A DNA stretch of 64,000 nt, from the NCBI GenBank assembly GCA_964576435.1, contig CAZNUP010000001.1, positions 611,030 through 675,029 on the forward strand, given 5' to 3'. Shown here in pieces: positions 58,358 through 64,000 of the stretch. How positions within the stretch are numbered: the first letter of the stretch is position 1; every line of letters starts with the position of its first letter. The position numbers were made by a program, and so were the translations under genes. The notes beneath the pieces are model-generated. The model was not told the DNA's origin. It searched no databases and worked only from the letters and a program-made list of their open reading frames with translations. This DNA comes from an uncultured Gammaproteobacteria bacterium (GTDB taxonomy: Bacteria; Patescibacteriota; Microgenomatia; JAMCZE01).

Positions 58358-59348
58358 ACCAATCAGGTGTATTTGGATCTATAGTTCTAACTCCAGGAGT
58401 ATTAAAGTCCAAATCTTTAAATGAAATCTGCACATATTCTGGCTTCTCCCACATTCTTACTAAAAAATTTAAATTTGTTAAGTCAGCAATTGTAGTCCAT
58501 TGGGTGTAATCTGAAGTCACATCTCCATTCTCAAGGCCCCGGGAAACTCCTTTAACCAGGTCAAAGTTATTCATAACATGCATCATGTCTTTTGTCGCTC
58601 CCACTTCATCATCTGCCTTAAAGGCACATTGAGTTATTGCTACGGCTCTAACAAATCTTGATGGGGGCGTTGGATCGCCAGGAAGCCCAAGCATCCCAGA
58701 TCCCTCTCCAATTTGAACTATTCTAGTTCCACTCAAATTCTTTCCAAGTGCATTGTCAGGACTTAAATTTACATAATTTCTAAGGTTGATGAGGTGCCAG
58801 TCAAAAGGCGGAGAGTTAGTTACTACCCCAAGTTCGTTGTCATAAATATTAAGTTGCCCATTAACATATTCAAAAACAGCAGCCGCTCCAGTTTTATCTT
58901 GAACACTAAAGTGAAGTGGGAAAAGGATATTAACTGGTGCAGTAACTTCAGGCCACACTAAAATTCTTTTAATGTTTTCTTTAGCTTCAGCAACGGAACC
59001 ACTTGTTCCAAGGAGATACATCCCAACATCAATAGGTGTAACCGCTAAATTTTCTTTTCCTACTGGAACTTCTTGATATTTAGTAAACCCCGGAAGATAC
59101 AAGGCTCCAAAATAAACACCTTTGTCGTTTATTCCATCACTAATCATTTGGGTATTAAGACCGTTTAAACCAACAAAACCGTGGTCAACATTAAATGTCA
59201 TCCCAGGTTTTCCTCCTGGCGCTTTACTTGTAATTGAAGTCCCTTTTGGAAAAACTAAGATCTGTGACTTCAAATCTAACGCAAACTCCATCGTCCTCCC
59301 GATAACTATTCCATTATTTTTTGCTTTGAGTCTTAGATTTGTGCACAT
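58341..59348 (-). CDS. Choloylglycine hydrolase / penicillin V acylase family (Ntn hydrolase)
   Basis: Starts M-C-T (nucleophile Cys2) at ATG 59348; GRTMEF, DGIN, TNSPP, LPGD.TPPSRFVRA. Confidence 0.93.
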   Translation of the reverse strand: MCTNLRLKAKNNGIVIGRTMEFALDLKSQILVFPKGTSITSKAPGGKPGMTFNVDHGFVGLNGLNTQMISDGINDKGVYFGALYLPGFTKYQEVPVGKENLAVTPIDVGMYLLGTSGSVAEAKENIKRILVWPEVTAPVNILFPLHFSVQDKTGAAAVFEYVNGQLNIYDNELGVVTNSPPFDWHLINLRNYVNLSPDNALGKNLSGTRIVQIGEGSGMLGLPGDPTPPSRFVRAVAITQCAFKADDEVGATKDMMHVMNNFDLVKGVSRGLENGDVTSDYTQWTTIADLTNLNFLVRMWEKPEYVQISFKDLDFNTPGVRTIDPNTPDWFKKLV

Positions 59349-59401
59349 ACTAAAAGTTAACATCTTTTGACTTTCCGGGTCAACTCTGGAATGATGAATA
59401 T

Positions 59402-59695
59402 ATGCCAGAACCTAAAAAAACACCAACACTCATAAATATTCTTGGTTGGTACGGTGCCTGCGCCACTCTTGGAGCCTACTTCTTAGTCAGCTTTGCAATT
59501 ATGGGCCCAAAAGATCTACCTTACCAGCTACTAAACCTGACTGGGGCAATCGGTTTAGCAACGATCTGCTATTACAAAAGAACTTATCAACCACTTGTTG
59601 TAAATATAATTTGGTCGGGGATTGCCATTCTAGCAATAATAAACATTATGCCAATATTCCACCAATTACCACTGTTTTCAATTTTAACAAAGTAA
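59402..59695 (+). CDS. CBU_0592-like small membrane protein
   Basis: 'GWYG....GAY.L.S', 'YQLLNL.GA', 'YQP...NIIW'. Confidence 0.8.
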   Translation: MPEPKKTPTLINILGWYGACATLGAYFLVSFAIMGPKDLPYQLLNLTGAIGLATICYYKRTYQPLVVNIIWSGIAILAIINIMPIFHQLPLFSILTK

Positions 59696-59720
59696 GTATA
59701 CGACCAAAGAAAAGTTCCAA

Positions 59721-60122
59721 ATGACTAACAATAAAGCCCTAGCCATTGGACTCAGTATCCTATTAATTCCAGAAGCTCTGATTATCGGATCTATTTTTGT
59801 TTCTTCGCATCTAACCGCCTTATTACTACAATCCAAACCCGGTATACCATTATTGATTCTTTATATATTAGCTCCCACAGTTACAGGTTTTCTATCAAAA
59901 GACAAAATTGCCCAAAATGGAGTTAAATTTGGCTTAATAATTACAGGTGTTCAAACGGCTCTCTATATAATATTTTCATTAACATCAAGCAACCCATTTA
60001 TTTTGCCTCAAGTGATAGTCCAAATACTTATAATCCAAATTCCAACTCTTCTATTAACTGTTGCTGTGGGTATAGTTTGTGGAGTAATTGGGGCAAAACT
60101 AAGAAGTTTATCGAAGAAATAA
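59721..60122 (+). CDS. Hypothetical 4-TM membrane protein
   Basis: Hydrophobic ORF. Confidence 0.65.
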   Translation: MTNNKALAIGLSILLIPEALIIGSIFVSSHLTALLLQSKPGIPLLILYILAPTVTGFLSKDKIAQNGVKFGLIITGVQTALYIIFSLTSSNPFILPQVIVQILIIQIPTLLLTVAVGIVCGVIGAKLRSLSKK

Positions 60123-60135
60123 AGCTTAAATCTAG

Positions 60136-60208
60136 TGGTCTGCCGAGGAGTCGAACCTCGCACGTTTGCGATGTAAACGCAACATTCTAGCCGATGAATT
60201 AGCAGACC
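60136..60208 (-). tRNA. tRNA-Val(TAC)
   Basis: Acceptor GGTCTGC/GCAGACC, anticodon arm TTGCG-TTTACAT-CGCAA, GGTTCGACTCC. Confidence 0.9.
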
Positions 60209-60232
60209 TCAGGTTCTATTATACCTGAAACC

Positions 60233-60754
60233 TTACTGTTTCATCATCACAGGAGGTCTCATACCTTTTTGCTTTAAAGGCATCATTCCCATTGGAAATA
60301 AACCTTTAATATCAATTCCCTGTGTTTCAAGAAATGTTTTTATTTCCGCCTGCATTTCTTTCATTTTTTCTTGTTTTTGTTCTTTTGTCAGATCTTTCAT
60401 TTTTCCTTCTCCATATTTTTCTTTTAGCGTTTTCATTTCGGCGATAATCGCTTCTTTTTGGGCACTGGTTATTTTCCCTTCTGAAACAAGTTTGTCTAGA
60501 AATGCAGTTCCCATAACCATATTTTTCATTTCGCCACTTCTTGTGGCCATCTTGCGGTTAGTCCACTTCTTGGTTACATGCTTTTTAATTTGTTGTTCAG
60601 TAACTTGTCCATTTGTCTTATTTTCCACTCGGTTCACAAGATTTTGAAACCAATTGGTATTAAAAAGATCAGACGGACTAAAAGCAAAGGCAGGAGCTGC
60701 AAAAAGAACGGAAAATAATAAAACTAGGGTAGTAGTGGCAAACTTTTTAAACAT
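60233..60754 (-). CDS. Secreted Met/Lys-rich helical protein
   Basis: AFA signal peptide; 'LVSEGKIT.AQK' motif. Confidence 0.75.
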   Translation of the reverse strand: MFKKFATTTLVLLFSVLFAAPAFAFSPSDLFNTNWFQNLVNRVENKTNGQVTEQQIKKHVTKKWTNRKMATRSGEMKNMVMGTAFLDKLVSEGKITSAQKEAIIAEMKTLKEKYGEGKMKDLTKEQKQEKMKEMQAEIKTFLETQGIDIKGLFPMGMMPLKQKGMRPPVMMKQ

Positions 60755-60866
60755 ATATGAATTTTAAAAACCCATTCTGATAAAACGCTTAGAGAAAACT
60801 CTAAGGAATTGCTAAGAAATTTTATCTAAACTCCCAAATATTACAAGTTGAAAGGGGGTGAACGAT

Positions 60867-61343
60867 TTGAAAAAACAAGCACTAGTAACCGCGGGAATCA
60901 TTGCTGCATTTGGTTTAGCAGTAATGACATCGTCAACTGTCTTTGCCCAAAGTGAAACTGGGGACAAAGGCTTTGACACAATAGTTCAAAAAATTGCCCA
61001 AAAATTCAATCTAAAAGAATCCGACGTTAAAGCAGTATTTGATGAAGAACGTCAAACAAGAATGGCCGAAATGGAAGCTAAGTATAGTGAAAGATTAAAT
61101 GAATTAGTAAGTGATGGAAAAATCACCGAAGCTCAAAAAAATCTTATCATTGAAAAGCATAAAGAGCTTGCCTCGACACGCCAGTCAAACATGGATTCCA
61201 TGAAAAACTTGACTGACGAGGAAAGAAAGGCTGCCATGGAAAAAAACAGGTCCAATCTAGAATCCTGGGCCAAATCAAATGGTATTGATATTGAATATCT
61301 AATGCCTATGGGTGGTCATGGGGTGGGTCACGGACCAAGATAA
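60867..61343 (+). CDS. Secreted helical protein, paralog of divergent neighbour
   Basis: TTG start after GGGGGTGA; VFA signal; 'LVSDGKITEAQK' motif. Confidence 0.8.
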   Translation: MKKQALVTAGIIAAFGLAVMTSSTVFAQSETGDKGFDTIVQKIAQKFNLKESDVKAVFDEERQTRMAEMEAKYSERLNELVSDGKITEAQKNLIIEKHKELASTRQSNMDSMKNLTDEERKAAMEKNRSNLESWAKSNGIDIEYLMPMGGHGVGHGPR

Positions 61344-61364
61344 GAAGAACCAAAACTCTTCGCT

Positions 61365-61392
61365 AAAAATCCCGACATAAGTTGGGATTTTT
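61365..61392 (+). terminator. Rho-independent terminator
   Basis: AAAAATCCCGAC-ATAA-GTTGGGATTTTT. Confidence 0.85.
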
Positions 61393-61422
61393 GGTTTAAA
61401 TAATTATTTATTTAAACCAAAA
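61389..61422. repeat. Perfect 15-bp inverted repeat
   Basis: TTTTGGTTTAAATAA-TTAT-TTATTTAAACCAAAA. Confidence 0.8.
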
Positions 61423-61440
61423 CCCATAGTAGAATATACT

Positions 61441-61959
61441 ATGAACAAATATGATCGTGGCTACAGCGATTCAGTTTTATTTTTTTACCAAAACCAAGAA
61501 TTAAGCGTCCCACTGAAAGAAGCTCTTCAAATTTTGAAGGCTAATGTGATTGTTCGCATTACAAAATCAGAATACCCAGAAAACAATAAAGGTGGTGAAA
61601 TCTTGTCACATATCGGTCTTCCCACTTTTGAAGAACACGAAGGGATGGTTGTCATCTTAGGGAAGATACTAAGACACGGAAGTTTTCAAAATTGGCAGGT
61701 GCAGCCTCCACTACTTAGTCTTGAAAATGTTTGGAAGGCAAGAATGGAACTATGTGAATCTCCGATAGACTATGACTCTGTTAATTATGGAACCTTAGGC
61801 AAAACAATTGGCAATCTAAAAAATAAACAAGAAGTTGAGCAAACTATTTTACGTAGATATAGGCACTCATTAGTGGGAGAAACAGATTCGCAAATCTTAA
61901 GTCGCAAGATCTCCTTGCGAAAATTTAGACTATTGGAAAAAATTTATTTTAAAGTTTAG
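61441..61959 (+). CDS. Hypothetical protein
   Basis: 172-aa ORF; TAGAAT 5 nt before ATG. Confidence 0.65.
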   Translation: MNKYDRGYSDSVLFFYQNQELSVPLKEALQILKANVIVRITKSEYPENNKGGEILSHIGLPTFEEHEGMVVILGKILRHGSFQNWQVQPPLLSLENVWKARMELCESPIDYDSVNYGTLGKTIGNLKNKQEVEQTILRRYRHSLVGETDSQILSRKISLRKFRLLEKIYFKV

Positions 61960-62092
61960 TTAAATTTCTTCGGCTCGATATTCACTGAAGTTTACTTCGT
62001 TTAAACCAACCCTAAGAACTATGCGAGCACTCAAAAAGGCGTTTCCCCCATTGGAACAACCCATATTACACTGCTTATGTTAACATCACGTC

Positions 62093-62434
62093 ATGGCACA
62101 AAATATTGACCAAGAACCACCTGATAATTTTTATATTGCGTTCGGCACTGAAAGGCGTGGTATAAGAGTGGTTGCGTTCAAATCAGGAATAATTCCTGAG
62201 CAAGACAGGTCTGCCAACTTAGCTTGGGATGAATATACACACCTTTTAGGAAATCCAGGAGATCCAGAAAATACCGAAAGAGTTCAACGAATAGCGCTTG
62301 CTCAGGAGCTGGCAAATAGATTAGTAGACAAAGCCACAGGCTTTTCCGCAGATCAAATTTATAATAAGTTACTACGGCTTAACAGAACATTAACAGGTAA
62401 ACACGAGGCTGAAATAGAATTTGAACTAGAATAA
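62093..62434 (+). CDS. Hypothetical protein
   Basis: 113-aa ORF; TG-n-TAACAT 6 nt before ATG. Confidence 0.65.
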   Translation: MAQNIDQEPPDNFYIAFGTERRGIRVVAFKSGIIPEQDRSANLAWDEYTHLLGNPGDPENTERVQRIALAQELANRLVDKATGFSADQIYNKLLRLNRTLTGKHEAEIEFELE

Positions 62435-62436
62435 TC

Positions 62437-63346
62437 CTGGTGCGGATAGGTTTACCTCGTTTGAACCAATTCTCACCAGTTTTCACAAGTTGTTAAGAGC
62501 GTATCACAATGATTTTACAGAGCCGTTGCTATAATGAAGCAATGGAACACCCATTTATACCTGCTTATGTAAACAAGATTTTGGAAGAATTTCTTGTAGA
62601 GGTGCAAATTATATTAGGAAACAATTTTATTGGAAGCTATATTGGTGGCTCGCTGGCCAACAACGCTTTTAATCCAGAAACAAGCGATATTGACCTCTAT
62701 GTCATCTTAAAAGACGAGCTGACTGATAAAGAGTTTGCTTCCTTGGAGAAGTTACATAAGAAAATCTATTCAAGCGGAACGAAAGGAGCCACCAAACTTG
62801 AGACATCATACATACCCCAAAAGCATCTGGTGAACTTCAAACCAACAGACACAAGACCATACTTTAATGATGGAAAATTTCAATTGGCGACATACGGAAA
62901 CAACTGGCTAATCGAGCTACATCTTTTACGGGAAAAGGGGATACCACTATCTGGACCAAGCGTTAAAGCTTTAGTGCCTGAAGTTTCCAATGAAGCACTA
63001 AACAATGCGATCCACAAAAATTTGAACGAATATTGGGTATTGATGCTAAATGACGAAGACAAATTAAAAAGACCCGATTATCAAGTTTTTGCAACCCTAA
63101 CGATGTGTAGAACACTCTATACACTAGTACATGGCACAATAACTTCTAAACAAAAGGCTGCTGAGTGGGCCAAAAACAAATTATCAAGTGAGTTTTCTGA
63201 CTTGATTATCCAAGCGGTGTTATGGAAACCCAATGATAAATTTGATCACCATGATGATGTCAAAAAACTTATTCAACACACCTTGGGTGGAGCTGATATT
63301 AGCTTTGCTGATCAAATGAAATGAAATTTTCCAGATCTGGTGCGGA
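62437..63346. mobile_element. Putative 900-bp integrase-free islet at tRNA-Leu(GAG) 3' end
   Basis: Direct repeat CTGGTGCGGA at 62437-62446 and 63337-63346; TTGAACC follows both, offset by 5 bp. Confidence 0.55.
62542..63324 (+). CDS. Nucleotidyltransferase + DUF4111 (aminoglycoside adenylyltransferase-like)
   Basis: GGSLA...SDIDL NTase motif, LETSY, 'LTMCR.LYTL..G.I.SK..AA.W'; TATAAT 6 nt before ATG 62542. Confidence 0.88.
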   Translation: MEHPFIPAYVNKILEEFLVEVQIILGNNFIGSYIGGSLANNAFNPETSDIDLYVILKDELTDKEFASLEKLHKKIYSSGTKGATKLETSYIPQKHLVNFKPTDTRPYFNDGKFQLATYGNNWLIELHLLREKGIPLSGPSVKALVPEVSNEALNNAIHKNLNEYWVLMLNDEDKLKRPDYQVFATLTMCRTLYTLVHGTITSKQKAAEWAKNKLSSEFSDLIIQAVLWKPNDKFDHHDDVKKLIQHTLGGADISFADQMK

Positions 63347-63423
63347 CGAGAGGAGTTGAACCTCCACAACCTTACGGTCACATGCACCTCAAGCATGCGT
63401 GTATACCATTTCACCACGTCCGC
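63338..63423 (-). tRNA. tRNA-Leu(GAG)
   Basis: Anticodon arm CATGC-TTGAGGT-GCATG, long variable arm, encoded CCA. Confidence 0.95.
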
Positions 63424-63455
63424 TTATCTTTTTTTTGCATTCTATCAGAATTTTG

Positions 63456-63538
63456 TGCCGAGGGCGGGACTCGAACCCGCATGCCCTGTTGGACACAAGA
63501 TTTTAAGTCTTGCGTGTATACCATTCCACCACCCCGGC
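63456..63538 (-). tRNA. tRNA-Leu(TAA)
   Basis: Anticodon arm CAAGA-CTTAAAA-TCTTG, long variable arm, GGTTCGAGTCC. Confidence 0.95.
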
Positions 63539-63543
63539 TTTTG

Positions 63544-63617
63544 CGCTCCCGACAGGAATCGAACCTGTAACCTAGTCGTTAGAACCGACGTGCTCTATCC
63601 AATTGAGCTACGGGAGC
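63544..63617 (-). tRNA. tRNA-Arg(TCT)
   Basis: GCTCCCG/CGGGAGC acceptor, loop GTTCTAA, GGTTCGATTCC. Confidence 0.9.
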
Positions 63618-63726
63618 AATACTTCTATTTTACCAAACGCTTACTTTTCTTGCTTTCCCGATATTAAAAGCTAAAATGTCCACAAAAGAGAAAACCTAAA
63701 CAAAATTATTTATGGCTTTACACTAG

Positions 63727-64000
63727 TTAATTGGCGGAAGGTCCTTGAATTGCCCAAATCTCTTTTATTTGTCCTTTTTTGCTCTCGTCCACGTTATCAA
63801 CAAGTTGTGTTATATAGTCATCAAATATTGCTGTTAACTCCTTAATAAAAAGTGACTGAGTATCCTGGTCAAACACGCTATCTAACGAGGTGGTGTTTTC
63901 AAATGTTAAGGAGTTGGTATCAATGGATTTTAATTTCTCGGCCATATCTGGCCTCTTCTCTAAAGTTCTAGCCAAAGCTAGCTTAAATACGCCATCAATA
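63727..64000 (-). CDS. Hypothetical protein, C-terminal part (starts beyond window)
   Basis: Frame appears open to the window edge. Confidence 0.55.
   Translation of the reverse strand, partial: IDGVFKLALARTLEKRPDMAEKLKSIDTNSLTFENTTSLDSVFDQDTQSLFIKELTAIFDDYITQLVDNVDESKKGQIKEIWAIQGPSAN

Noticed and set aside
57681-60135. Cassette or att remnants downstream of tRNA-Val(TAC)
   Set aside because: No copy of the tRNA 3' end or offset T-arm motif found by eye
63220-63667. ORFs 63220-63417, 63340-63570 and 63356-63667
   Set aside because: They overlap three clear tRNA genes; translation artefacts
1-64000. CRISPR array, DGR/retron or IS transposase
   Set aside because: No regularly spaced repeats, reverse transcriptase, TR/VR pair or transposase motifs seen by eye

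Overview
Low-GC bacterial chromosome segment, standard genetic code. Gene content, many leaderless promoters and GG(A/G)GGTGA-type SD sites suggest Patescibacteria/CPR, probably Microgenomates (inference). The left end holds a lexA/uvrB-uvrA-uvrC repair cluster, adk and secG. A long accessory stretch follows: two-component genes, DEAD-box helicase, ABC-F, RND pump, ClpG-like disaggregase, surface proteins and a GT2+GH18 pair. Five tRNA genes lie on the minus strand at the right. Main observation: an 8.3-kb element (49285-57612) is integrated at the 3' end of tRNA-Gln(TTG), and its large serine recombinase gene is split by the att site. The integrated gene ends 'MLRD*' inside the tRNA. An in-frame 35-aa tail at the far end of the element would be fused on circularisation at a shared TGCTG core. 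The tRNA T-arm motif CGAACC recurs in the attP arm shifted by exactly 5 bp. The same 5-bp-shift signature recurs at tRNA-Leu(GAG), bounding an integrase-free 900-bp single-gene unit. Two more degenerate sites lie upstream, suggesting a tRNA-anchored, integron-like cassette array. All family assignments come from motif recognition by eye; no database searches were run.
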